Shown piece by piece: positions 10,082-19,873 of a stretch of DNA of 64,000 bases; the first letter of the stretch is position 1; the number at the start of each line of letters is the position of its first letter. This stretch comes from an uncultured Acidimicrobiales bacterium. Its GTDB lineage: Bacteria > Actinomycetota > Acidimicrobiia > Acidimicrobiales > DATKAS01. The translations under genes were made by a program, and so were the position numbers. The stretch spans positions 222,760 through 286,759 of the forward strand of contig CAVUAV010000006.1 of assembly GCA_963739555.1 (NCBI GenBank). Reading direction: 5' to 3'. The notes under the pieces are model-generated. The model searched no databases, had not been told where the DNA came from, and was given only the letters and a program-made list of their open reading frames with translations.

Positions 10082-11530
10082 CTAGATGTCGTAGTAGAGC
10101 GCGAACTCGTAGGGATGCGGCCGCAGGCGCAGCGCGTCGATCTCGTTCGCGCGCTTGTACTCGATGTGCGTCTCGATCAGGTCGGACGTGAACACGCCAC
10201 CGGCGGTCAAGAACGCCTGGTCCTCCTCGAGCGCACTCAGCGACGCGTCGAGCGAGCCCGGCACCTGCGGCACCTTGGCGAGCTCCTCGGGCGGCAGGTC
10301 GTAGAGGTCCTTGTCGACCGGGGGCGGAGGCTCGATGCGGTTCTGCACGCCGTCGAGGCCGGCCATGAGCATCGCCGAGAACGCGAGGTACGCGTTCGAC
10401 GATGCGTCGGGGCAGCGGAACTCGACGCGCTTGGCCTTCGGGCTCTTCTGCGCGAGCGGGATGCGGCACGCGGCGGAACGGTTTCGCTGCGAGTACACGA
10501 GGTTCACCGGCGCCTCGTAGCCCGGCACCAGCCGCTTGTACGAGTTCGTCGTCGGTGCGGCGAACGCGAGGATCGCCGCAGCGTGATGCAGGAGCCCGCC
10601 GATGTACCAGCGCGCGATGTCGGACAGACCCGCGTAGCCGGTCTCCGAGAAGAACAGCGGGTTGCCGTCCTTCCAGAGCGACTGGTGGGTGTGCATGCCG
10701 GAGCCGTTGTCCTGGAAGATGGGCTTCGGCATGAACGTGAGCGTCTTGCCGGCCGCGTGCGCAGTGCGCTTGAGGATGTACTTGAACGTCATGAGCTGAT
10801 CGCCCATGGCGAGCAGGGTGTTGAACTTCGTGCCGATCTCGCCCTGACCAGCGGTCGCCACCTCATGGTGGTGCAGCTCGACGTCGATGCCGACCTTCTT
10901 GAGGTTCGTCGCCATCTCGGACCGAAGATCCTGGTAGTGGTCCATCGGTGGCACGGGGAAGTAGCCCTGCTTCGTCCGCGGCTTGTAGCCGAGGTTCGGC
11001 TTCTCGTCGCGGCCCGTGTTCCAGATGCCTTCGACCGAGTCGACCATGTGCATCGCGAAGTTCGGCTGATAGTCGAAGCGCACATCGTCGAAGATGAAGA
11101 ACTCGGGCTCGGGGCCGAAGTACGCCGTGTCGGCGATGCCTGTCGACGCCATGTAGGCCTCTGCCTTCGACGCGATGTACCGGGGGTCACGGCTGTAGCT
11201 CTCGCCAGTCACCGGGTCGGCCACGAAGCAGTGGATCACCAGCGTCTTGTGCTGCATGAAGGGATCGATGTACGCGGTCTCGGGATCCGGGATGAGGATC
11301 ATGTCCGACTCTTGGATCTCCTGGAACCCACGGATCGACGAGCCGTCGAAGCCGTGGCCGTCGACGAACGTGCCCTCGTTCAGCACCTCCGCGGGGATCG
11401 TCACGTGCTGCATGATCCCGGGCAGGTCGCAGAACCGGAGGTCGACGAAGTCGCACCCCTCGCTCTGGACCAGGGCGAGCACCTCGCCTGACGTGCGCTT
11501 CTCCACAGTTCCCTCCTGAGGCTGACTCAT
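10082..11530 (-). CDS. glnA: glutamine synthetase type I (beta subtype, adenylylatable)
   Basis: Intact 482 aa with GS signatures ([25 protein letters not shown]). The adenylylation motif [10 protein letters not shown] is present. Confidence 0.95.
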   Translation of the reverse strand: MSQPQEGTVEKRTSGEVLALVQSEGCDFVDLRFCDLPGIMQHVTIPAEVLNEGTFVDGHGFDGSSIRGFQEIQESDMILIPDPETAYIDPFMQHKTLVIHCFVADPVTGESYSRDPRYIASKAEAYMASTGIADTAYFGPEPEFFIFDDVRFDYQPNFAMHMVDSVEGIWNTGRDEKPNLGYKPRTKQGYFPVPPMDHYQDLRSEMATNLKKVGIDVELHHHEVATAGQGEIGTKFNTLLAMGDQLMTFKYILKRTAHAAGKTLTFMPKPIFQDNGSGMHTHQSLWKDGNPLFFSETGYAGLSDIARWYIGGLLHHAAAILAFAAPTTNSYKRLVPGYEAPVNLVYSQRNRSAACRIPLAQKSPKAKRVEFRCPDASSNAYLAFSAMLMAGLDGVQNRIEPPPPVDKDLYDLPPEELAKVPQVPGSLDASLSALEEDQAFLTAGGVFTSDLIETHIEYKRANEIDALRLRPHPYEFALYYDI

Positions 11531-11655
11531 TGGTCAACTGATGCGGCCGAAACGATTGCGGGTGCCCATTTCTCAGCCGTTGCATGATTGTGAACGGCCT
11601 ATGAACTCGGCTCCCGGGTTCGATTCCGGGTCATCGAGCAAGGGAAACTAGTGCC

Positions 11656-12989
11656 ATGGAGCGCCAGCAGGACTATGTGCTGCGGACAGTCGAGGAGCGC
11701 GGTGTCCGGTTCATCTGGCTCTGGTTCACCGACGTCCTGGGTCAGCTCAAGTCGTTCGCCATCACGCCCGCCGAGCTCGAGAACGCCTTCGCCGAGGGAA
11801 TGACCTTCGACGGCTCGTCGATCGACGGGTTCTCCCGGGTGCAGGAGAGCGACGTGCTCGCCCGCCCGACCCCAACAGCTTCGAGCTGCTGCCCTGGGTC
11901 GACCCGACGGCGCCCGCCGCCCGGATGTTCTGCGACATCGCCAACCTCGACGGCTCGCCTTTCGAAGGCGACCCCCGTCAGGTGCTCAAGCGCAACCTCG
12001 ACCGGGCCCGTGAGCGGGGCTTCTCGTTCTACGTGTCGCCTGAGATGGAGTTCTTCTACTTCGAGGAGGGCGATCCCTCGAAGCCGCTGAAGATCCTCGA
12101 CAACGGCTCCTACTTCGACCTCACGACCGCCGACGTCGCCGGCGACCTGCGCAAGCGCACCGTCCAGACGCTCGAGACGATGGGCATCCCCGTCGAGTAC
12201 TCGTTCCACGAGGACAGCCCCAGCCAGCACGAGATCGACCTGCGCCACACCGACGCCCTGTCGATGGCCGACAACGTGATGACGTTCCGGCTCGTCGTGC
12301 GCGAGGCGGCCGCGTCACAGGGCGTCTACGCCACGTTCATGCCCAAGCCGCTCGAAGGCGTGCAGGGCTCGGGCATGCACACGCACATGTCGCTCTTCGA
12401 GGGCGACGAGAACGCGTTCTACGAAGGCGGCGACCCGCTCAAGCTCTCGAAGATCGCTCGTGCCTTCATCGCAGGGCTCCTCGTGCACGGACGCGAGATC
12501 ACGGCGATCACGAACCCGACGGTGAACTCCTACAAGCGGTTGATCCCCGGGTTCGAGGCGCCGGTGTACATCGCCTGGGCGCGGAACAACCGCACCGCGC
12601 TGGTGCGCATCCCGATCACGAAGTCCGGCAAAGCGGCGTCGACCCGCATCGAGTACCGCGCTCCCGACCCTGCCGCGAACCCATACCTCGCGTTCTCGGT
12701 GATGCTCGCCGCAGGCTTGAAGGGCATCGAACAGGGATACGAGCTTCCGAGTGAGGCCTCGTCGAACGTCTTCGAGCTCACCGACGAGGAACGTGCCGCC
12801 GAAGGCATCATCCAGCTGCCGCAGTCGCTCTCCGACGCGCTCGACGCGATGGCGAAGTCAGAGCTCGTCGCAGAAGCGTTGGGCGAGCACATCTTCGAGT
12901 GGTTCCTGCGCAACAAGCGCCAGGAGTGGATCGGCTACAAGACCCAGGTCACACAGTTCGAGCTCGACCGCTATCTCCGCAACCTGTAA
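11656..12989 (+). CDS. glnA2: glutamine synthetase GlnA2-type, apparent 1-nt deletion in the C-run at about 11866-11868
   Basis: The N-terminal ORF (FDGSSIDGFSRVQESDVLARP) and the C-terminal ORF (MFCDI...GSGMHTHMS...NSYKRL) join as LARPDPNSFELLPW if one C is restored. Confidence 0.9.
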
Positions 12990-13006
12990 GCGGAGGGGAA
13001 ACACAG

Positions 13007-13687
13007 ATGGAACCGCTGCTCCTGTTCCCGGATCCGCCGAACGAGGTGCTCACGCAGACCCTCGACCAGGCCGGCTACCCGTGGAAGGCCGCAGCGACCC
13101 TCGACATGGCGGCGCGCATCGAGCCTGAGGAGGGGTGGGCCGGCGCGGTGATCGATGCGACGCCCGACCCCGAGGCGGCGTTCGGCCTGTGCCGGGTGCT
13201 TCGCAAGCGTGACATCCCGCTCGAGCCGCTCCTCCTTCTGGTTCCCGCGCACCACATCGGCGATCTCGAGCTGCGCGAAGACCTCTTCGACGACTTCTGC
13301 GTCACGCCGTCGACCTCGGTCGAGCTCGAAGCGCGGCTGGAGCACCTCTTCTGGAGGAGTGGCGGAGGCACGCGTCCCGAGCTCATCGAGTACGGCGTGC
13401 TCGTGCTCAACCTCGAGACCTACCAGGCCGCGATCTCGGGCCGTCCACTCGACCTCACCTACATGGAGTACGAGCTCCTCAAGTACCTCGCATCGCATCC
13501 GGGCAAGGTGTTCACCCGCGAGACGCTGCTCTCGCGTGTGTGGGGTTACGAGTACTACGGCGGTGCCCGCACGGTCGACGTGCACATCCGGCGCCTCCGA
13601 GCCAAGCTCGGCGAGGAGCACGCAAACCTCATCCAGACCGTGCGCTCCGTGGGGTACCGGTTCGGCCAATCCCGCTGGGGGGTCTGA
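13007..13687 (+). CDS. glnR: GlnR-type orphan OmpR-family nitrogen regulator
   Basis: The ATG at 13007 follows GGAGGGG. The winged-helix region (GRPLDLTYMEYELLKYLASHPGKVFTRETLLSRVWGYEYYGGARTVDVHIRRLRAKLG) closely resembles mycobacterial GlnR as I recall it. The receiver domain is atypical. Confidence 0.85.
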   Translation: MEPLLLFPDPPNEVLTQTLDQAGYPWKAAATLDMAARIEPEEGWAGAVIDATPDPEAAFGLCRVLRKRDIPLEPLLLLVPAHHIGDLELREDLFDDFCVTPSTSVELEARLEHLFWRSGGGTRPELIEYGVLVLNLETYQAAISGRPLDLTYMEYELLKYLASHPGKVFTRETLLSRVWGYEYYGGARTVDVHIRRLRAKLGEEHANLIQTVRSVGYRFGQSRWGV

Positions 13688-13690
13688 CCC

Positions 13691-13720
13691 TCGGTCGGAA
13701 AGGAGACCTTTCCGACCGAA
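13691..13720. terminator. perfect 13-bp hairpin downstream of glnR
   Basis: TCGGTCGGAAAGG-agac-CCTTTCCGACCGA. Confidence 0.6.
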
Positions 13721-13724
13721 CTTG

Positions 13725-13744
13725 CGTCGGCTGGCGCCGACGCT
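13725..13744. terminator. second hairpin (8-bp stem)
   Basis: GCGTCGGC-tggc-GCCGACGC. Confidence 0.45.
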
Positions 13745-13814
13745 GAAACCCACACAGCGATCGACCGGCAGAGCCGGATCGATCGCGGTGATCGCAAGGG
13801 ATCGATAGCAGCGA

Positions 13815-15875
13815 CTACGGCGGCGGAGCCGGCAGTGGTCTTGGGCGCCAGCACCTTCCGGCGAGCAAGTCCTCGATCGTCGCCGAGGCGAAGGTGGCGT
13901 CGTCGGCCAGCACCTCGGTACTCGTCGGTGCCGTGAGCGACGTCCGTGTTGCCCTCAGGGTGGACCACGACGTAGCGACCCCACGTCCAACGTCCACTCT
14001 CGTGCTGGAGCATCGAGAGCAGCAGGAGGTGCTCGAGCCACATGACGACGGCCGGGACTTCCGTGCCCACGCCGCCGATGCACCCGAGCACCAACGCGAC
14101 GACCACACCCGGTGCACCAGGCACCCGACCGAGCAGGCCCCACGTGAGGACGGCGAACGACGCGGCCAGAAGGATGCCGAGGATGCCGGCACCGATGATG
14201 CTGCCGATGGCGCGCTTCTTGCGACGGGTCAGCGTCCGGTTCGTCGCCTCGAGCGTGAAGATCGCGTAGAGCGCGAGCAGGATCGCGCCGATCACTGGCG
14301 CAGTCAGCAGCGGTTGCTTCGTGCGGATGCGTGCCTGGGCGATCGGCTCGGCGTTCGACGGAGCGTCGGCCAACCGAAGCTCGAGGTCGGTCGGACCCGC
14401 TGCGACGAAGCGTGCGCCGCCGAAGTCGAAGCTCATCTGAGCGCCACCGGTGGGGCTGGCCTCGACCGCCGCGTCGGCGTTGAAGACCGAGCGACCGAGC
14501 AGCTTGAGCGTCGCCTTCATCTGGTTTCCGGCTGCGGGCGCCTCGGCCGCCGGGAGCTCGATCACGAGCGGCTTCTGCAGGTCGAGCTTCGGAGGCTCGG
14601 CCCCGTTCGCGAGCGGCACGCCGTCGATCGTCATCCCCTGGGGCGGCTGACCTGAGGGAAGCTCCTTCTCAGGCCACGCCACGAGCGCGAGGGCCGAGAG
14701 CACCGATCGCGACGAGCCCGATCAGGTACGGGACGAGGGGCTTCTTGCCCGCGACGACCCGGCCCGCATTGACGAACGCATCGGGCCGTGCGTCGGAGTC
14801 CAGCTCCGCGCCGTGCCGTCCTTCGCCGCTCGCGCTGCCGACGACGACGGTGGGCGTCGGGTTCGCTGCCGGCCCTGTCGCGTCCGGCGCGGGAAGTGCG
14901 CCCGGTACCGAGCGTCGCGCCGGCGGCCGTGCCCGGCGTCGCCATCGTCCCTCGTTGAGCCGCTGCGCCGAGAGGGTCGGTGCCGAACGTGAGCCGACCC
15001 GTCGTCGGGTTCAGCCATCCCGGCTTCCACGACGACGTCGCCGCCTCTGCGAGCGCCACGCCGAACTCTTCGGCGGTCTGGTAGCGGTCCTCAGGTCGCC
15101 GAGCGAGCGCCTTCATCACGACCGCCGCGAGGGGCGCCGGCAACGTCGGCGAGACCTGGTTGATCGGGATCGGGTCGTCGTACGCGTGGCGTTGCAGCGT
15201 CTCGACCGGGCCACCCTCGGCCGAATACGGGAGCTGGCCGGTGAGCAGCTCGTAGAGCAGCACGCCAGCGGCGAACACGTCGGTCGCGGGGCTGAGCGCT
15301 TGGCCGAGGGCTTGCTCGGGAGCCATGTACGCCGGGGTGCCGATCACCTCGCCCTGCTCGTTCGCGAGGGTCTGGTCGCCACCGACGACCGCGGCGATGC
15401 CGAAGTCAGTGACCTTCAGGGCACCCGCCGACGAGAACATCAGGTTCTCGGGCTTGATGTCGCGGTGCAGGATGCCGCGCGAGTGCGCAGCCTGCAGCGC
15501 GCTCGCGGTCGCCATGACGATGCCGCAGGCCTCTGCGTTCGTCAGGCCCGTCGTCGTGAACTTCGACCACACCGTGCCGCCGGTCAGCATCTCCATCACG
15601 AGCAGGCACAAGCCGTCCTGATCGACGAAGTCGAACACCGGGACGATGTGCGGGTGGTCGAGCGACGCAAGCAGCCGTGCCTCTTGCACGAACCGCACCT
15701 TGACCGTCGGGTCCTGGCCGAAGCCGAGCGGCAGCTGCTTGATCGCGACTGGTCGCCCGAGCTGGCGGTGCTCGCCGGCGATGACGACGCCCATCGCGCC
15801 GCGGCCGAGCTCGGAACCGATGTCGTAGGCAGGAAGGGCGTGCGCGACCCGTTGCAGGTCAGTGTCGGTCGTCAC
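13815..15875 (-). CDS. Ser/Thr protein kinase with a C-terminal extracytoplasmic domain and multi-TM region; at least 3 apparent frame changes (about 14900, 14700, 13920); 3' end uncertain
   Basis: Hanks motifs are present: GRGAMGVV, VAIK, HRDIKPEN, DFG, GTPAYMAPE. The linker, the TM segment (PLVPYLIGLVAIGAL...ALVAW) and the sensor region continue in shifted frames. The stop at 13815 keeps the hairpins at 13691-13744 intergenic. Confidence 0.75.
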
Positions 15876-16762
15876 TGCTCCTGGTTCCCGGGGATCGTGC
15901 TCGCGGGATCAGGGTTCGTGATGACCGTCTCGGCGGGAGCGCCCACGCTCGCGCCCATGCGGGCGGTTGCGCGGTCGTACTCCTCGTCGTCTTCATCGTC
16001 GTCGTCTTCGTCCTCGATGCCGTGGCTCGGGTCAGGAGACAGCGAGCCCAGCACGAACCCGGCGATGCCGAGCACGAGAAGCAACGGATACGCGATGACG
16101 GCTCGCGGTGCGACGAGCCGCAGCACCGACATCCACACGAGGGCCGTGGCGCCGATCGAGAGGCCGACGAACGCGAACCTCACGCCTCGCCACCAGCGGT
16201 TCTTCGACAGCCGCCCTGTCGCGAGGTCGCGGAACGAGAACGCCGTGAGGATGATCGTGACGACGAGCAGCATGATCGCGAACAGGCCGAACAGCGAGGT
16301 CATCGAGCCCCTGACGTCCCAGACCGCGTCCTCGGAGGCGATGACGCTGCGATCGGGATCGAGCAGCTGCACCTCTCCCTCGAACAGGCCGTTGGCCTGA
16401 TCGGTGATGCCGCGCAGGTCGAGCTGGATCGTGCGGGTCTGCGTCTCGCCCGGGTCGAGCTGGGCGCCGATCGCGATCTCGCTCGAGAAGACCGTTGCAC
16501 CGACCGAACGACCGATCAGGCGAACCGCGTTCACGGTGACCGGTTTGCTCGTGCCGTTGTCGATCGTGACCTCGAGCGGCACTTCGCCGTCGATGGCCAC
16601 CGGGTTCGAGCCGTTCGACTTCGAGACGTCCTCACCGTCGATCTTCACGACGAACGTGACGTTGTCGGCCGCAGATGCGACTGGCACCAAGGTCACCCCG
16701 GCGACCAGCACGACGAGCAGCGCGGCGACGGTGGCCACGATCGGCCGAGAGATCGAACGCAT
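15872..16762 (-). CDS. membrane protein: signal/TM, beta-rich ectodomain, 3 TM segments, acidic tail
   Basis: Intact 296 aa. A GTGA overlap couples it to the kinase start. The tail is IEDEDDDDEDDEEYD. Confidence 0.7.
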   Translation of the reverse strand: MRSISRPIVATVAALLVVLVAGVTLVPVASAADNVTFVVKIDGEDVSKSNGSNPVAIDGEVPLEVTIDNGTSKPVTVNAVRLIGRSVGATVFSSEIAIGAQLDPGETQTRTIQLDLRGITDQANGLFEGEVQLLDPDRSVIASEDAVWDVRGSMTSLFGLFAIMLLVVTIILTAFSFRDLATGRLSKNRWWRGVRFAFVGLSIGATALVWMSVLRLVAPRAVIAYPLLLVLGIAGFVLGSLSPDPSHGIEDEDDDDEDDEEYDRATARMGASVGAPAETVITNPDPASTIPGNQEQ

Positions 16763-16765
16763 CGG

Positions 16766-18720
16766 TCAGCCCTTCTTCGAGGCGGCAAGCGGGTGGGCGA
16801 ACGCGATCACCGCGAGGATGGCCAGGAACAGGACGCCCATGCCCAACGAGCCGGCGGGCATGGAGCTCGTCGTGAGCACCACGTCGAAGTTCGTGTCGGT
16901 GGAGCCACCACAGTCAGCGTGCAACACCGACCGCCCGATGTCGAGCACGGGAAGGTTGACGTTCGCTTCGAACGTGCCGTCGGCCCTCGCCGTCGTCTCG
17001 CCGACCACCGTGCCGTCGATGCTGAACTCGACCTTGGAGTTCGGCGTGCAGCCTTCACCGGTCACGCCGAGCACGCCGCCCGGAGTCGCGGACGGGTTGA
17101 TGGTCTTGAGCACGACCTCAGGAGGCGGCGGCGTCGCCCGCGGCGTGGGCTTGGGCACGATCGACGCCGGCGGCGGGGGCGGCTCGGACGGCGGCGGGAG
17201 CTCAGGTGGGATGAACGTGCGCACGACGACCGTCGCCAGGACCGTGGGCGAGGGCGGAGGAGGGGGCGGCAGAGTCGGAGCCGGCGGCGGCTCCTCGCGA
17301 GCCGGCGGCAGCGTGCGTCGTGGTCGTCGTCGATGTCGTCGTGGTGGACGTGTCGTCCGTCGGCTGCGCCTGGATGAAAGGCGTCGGCTGCTGCGGCGGC
17401 GGCGGGCACTTGACCCCCACCGACGCGCTGGCGATGTTGTTGTCGGGGTTGGGGTCCTGCGTGTCGGCAGTCACCGCGGCGTCTTCGTTCGTGATCGTGC
17501 CGCACGTTGTCGTGGCGCTCGACGTCACCGTGACCGAGAACGTGCCGTCGGAGTCGAGGCTGCCGATGTCGCATCGGAGCGTCTGCGCGCTGCTGCCCTC
17601 GCCGGTCTCGAGCGAGCAGGGCGACGCGGCGTCGCTGACATCCTCGGGAGCGTTGGCGATCGTCCACGTCACGCCGGTGGGGAGCGCGTCGGTGAGCGCG
17701 ACGCTGCTCGCCGAGTCGGGACCGAGGTTCGTCACGGTCAGATCGAACGACACCGGGCTGCCCTGAGCGACCGAGTTCGGGTTCGCGGCCTTCGTCAGCT
17801 CGAGGTCGGCGCGCTCGGTGCGCATTCGTGACCTCGATCGTGGTCGGGTCGACCTTGTTCTCGACGATGCTCGGAGTCGTGAAGGCGAGCGTCGGACCGC
17901 TTTCGCTGCCCTCGCTGGCGGATGCGCTCTCGCCGTTGACGGCGAAGGTGACGTCGTCGGCGCCTCCCGTGTTCGTCTCGATGAGGTGGCAGTCAGTGCC
18001 GTAGGGCAGCCAGAGGTTCGTGCTGCCGTCCGCGCCCAGGTCGAAGGTCTTGTCGTAGGTCGTTGACTCGCCGTCACCACAGGTGACCTCGAACGAGAAC
18101 TGGCTCTCGCCGTCGAACGTGCCCTGCACGGTCTTCGTGATCGTGACCGGGGCGCCCACGTTGTAGGCCACGCACACCAGCGGATCATCCGGCGTGATGC
18201 CGAGGAACTCGAGGTTGTCGTCGTTTCTGTTGTCGGTGCCGCACCGAAGGGTGCCGAAGGCGAAGCCGTCCTGCGCGACCTCGCTGACTTTCAGGCCGCC
18301 CCTCGGCGAGCAGTGCGACCTGCTCGGGGGTCAGCGCCACCGTGCCGGTGACCGAGGGAAGCGATTGATCGACCATGTTCCCCGTGCCGTGCGGGTCGCG
18401 ACCGACATCGGCGTCGGAGCCGAGCACGAATGGCCAGTCCGCGATCCGCTCACAGCCGGCAGCGGTCTCGTTCGGGTCGACCCGCTCCACTTCGATCGGC
18501 GGTCCGAGCGTCGTGCCTTCGGGCCGCGCGCTGAGGCCGTTGGGCTCGTCTGTGTTCGCGGGGATCGCGCCGAAGTCCGCGCACATGATCTTGACGAACG
18601 TGATCTGTGGCGATTCGCCGCCGCTTCGCTCTGTGCTCCCGCCTGAGTCCACGTGATCGGCGCGCACACCGCCAACGCGAGGATTCCTGCGAGCACGATG
18701 ATTCGTCGTGCCGCCCGCAT
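16766..18720 (-). CDS. secreted DUF11-repeat surface protein with a Pro/Thr-rich stalk and C-terminal TM anchor; at least 4 apparent frame changes (about 18615, 18300, 17820, 17230-17330)
   Basis: It starts with the signal peptide MRAARRIIVLAGILALAVCAP. The DUF11-like core is ADLELTKAANPNSVAQGSPVSFDLTVTNLGPDSASSVALTDALPTGVTW. The C-terminus is GMGVLFLAILAVIAFAHPLAASKKG. The pieces lie in four track ORFs. Confidence 0.65.
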
Positions 18721-18813
18721 CGCCTTTGCCTCTCTCTACCCCGACTCCGCCACCCAGGGTAGCCGTCTGCGCACCCGTAGGTTCCAGCGGTCTCCGCGTG
18801 ACAGGCTGGTCGG

Positions 18814-19869
18814 GTGGCTGAAGTCGTGGTGCAGGTCGTCCAACCTGGACGCAAACCGATTCGGGTCGTCATCACCGCCGACCTCGAGGTCGGCCGCGAC
18901 TGCGACGGCCTGTTGCTCGGCGACCCTCGGACATCGCGCCGCCACGCCACGTTGATGGCCAATGCCGGTGGGCTCACCGTGCTCGACATGGGAAGCTCGA
19001 ACGGCACGTTCGTGAACGGCACCCGGATCGTCGGCCCCACGCCGGTCTCCCCGAACGACATCGTGGCCGTGGGGGACACGACGATCACCCTGGTCGCACC
19101 GCCCGCCGTCGGCCCTTCGCACGACACCGCGGGCGCGCGAGGCACCGTGATCGGCCCCCCGACCCTCTCCTCGGACGGTCGGGTCCGCGCCCGAGACAGT
19201 GGCGAGCGCTTCACCTCGATCGACCGCGTGGCCTCGGGCATGAGCACCGAGGACCCCAACCTCTCGCGGCTGAGCCAGCTCGACTGCACGGTGACAGTGA
19301 TGTTCACCGACATCGAGAACTCCACGATGCTCGCCGAGAAGTACGGCGACACCCAGTGGATGCAGGTGCTCCGCGCACACAACGACGTCGTCCGCAAGGC
19401 GCTGCGCAAGTACGGCGGCAACGAGATCAAGTCGCAGGGCGACGGGTTCATGCTCGCCTTCCCGAGTGCACGGCGGGCGCTCATGTGCGCGGTCGCGATC
19501 CAGCAAGAGATCGACCGCCATGGCCGAGCACACCCCGAGGAGGGCGTGCGCGTGCGCATCGGCCTCCACACTGGCGAGGCGATCGCAGAGGGTGGTGACC
19601 TCTTCGGACGGCACGTCATCCTCGCGGCGCGCATTGCCGGTCACGCCGAGGGTGGACAGATCCTCGTGTCGAACCTGGTCTGCGAGCTCGTCGCGGGCGC
19701 CGATGACCTCGCGTTCGACGACGGCGAAGAGGTGGAGCTCAAGGGTCTGTCGGGCACGTTCTTCGTGCACGAGGCGCTCTGGGGGCCGATGGCAGCGTCG
19801 ACGTTGCGGCCCGAGGCGCCGGGTCCGCCGGCGCGGCGCCCGATCGCGGTGCCTCCTCCGCCAACCTGA
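18814..19869 (+). CDS. FHA domain-class III adenylyl/guanylyl cyclase fusion
   Basis: The FHA part is GRDCDGLLLGDPRTSRRHATL...GSSNGTFVNG. The cyclase part is VTVMFTDIENST...KSQGDGFMLAF...RIGLHTGEA. Confidence 0.85.
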   Translation: MAEVVVQVVQPGRKPIRVVITADLEVGRDCDGLLLGDPRTSRRHATLMANAGGLTVLDMGSSNGTFVNGTRIVGPTPVSPNDIVAVGDTTITLVAPPAVGPSHDTAGARGTVIGPPTLSSDGRVRARDSGERFTSIDRVASGMSTEDPNLSRLSQLDCTVTVMFTDIENSTMLAEKYGDTQWMQVLRAHNDVVRKALRKYGGNEIKSQGDGFMLAFPSARRALMCAVAIQQEIDRHGRAHPEEGVRVRIGLHTGEAIAEGGDLFGRHVILAARIAGHAEGGQILVSNLVCELVAGADDLAFDDGEEVELKGLSGTFFVHEALWGPMAASTLRPEAPGPPARRPIAVPPPPT

Positions 19870-19873
19870 GCGG

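Noticed and set aside
11611-11632. A GGTTCGATTCC-containing hairpin (CCCGG-gttcgatt-CCGGG) about 25 nt upstream of the glnA2 start looks like a tRNA T-arm.
   Set aside because: The loop is 8 nt rather than 7. The register that gives a TTCGATT loop does not base-pair. No acceptor, D or anticodon arms can be built around it. It is probably just a 5'-UTR hairpin.
11531-11655. I searched the glnA/glnA2 intergenic region for GlnR boxes (gTnAc-n6-GaAAc).
   Set aside because: Only isolated GAAAC and GTGAAC half-site-like pentamers are present, with the wrong spacing. I cannot support a site by eye.
16766-16870. The C-terminus of the DUF11 protein (SSMPAGSLGMG, a hydrophobic stretch, then KKG) resembles a sortase sorting signal.
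   Set aside because: MPAGS does not match LPXTG or LAXTG. I treat it as a plain TM anchor unless a matching sortase motif is shown.
10115-17377. Long plus-strand ORFs lie antisense to glnA, the kinase and the membrane protein (for example 10115..11491, 14745..16400 and 16022..17377). Similar ones lie elsewhere (2814..4154, 26992..28641).
   Set aside because: They are Arg/Gly/Asp/His-rich with no motifs, and are mirror images of well-supported genes. These are typical high-GC antisense artefacts.
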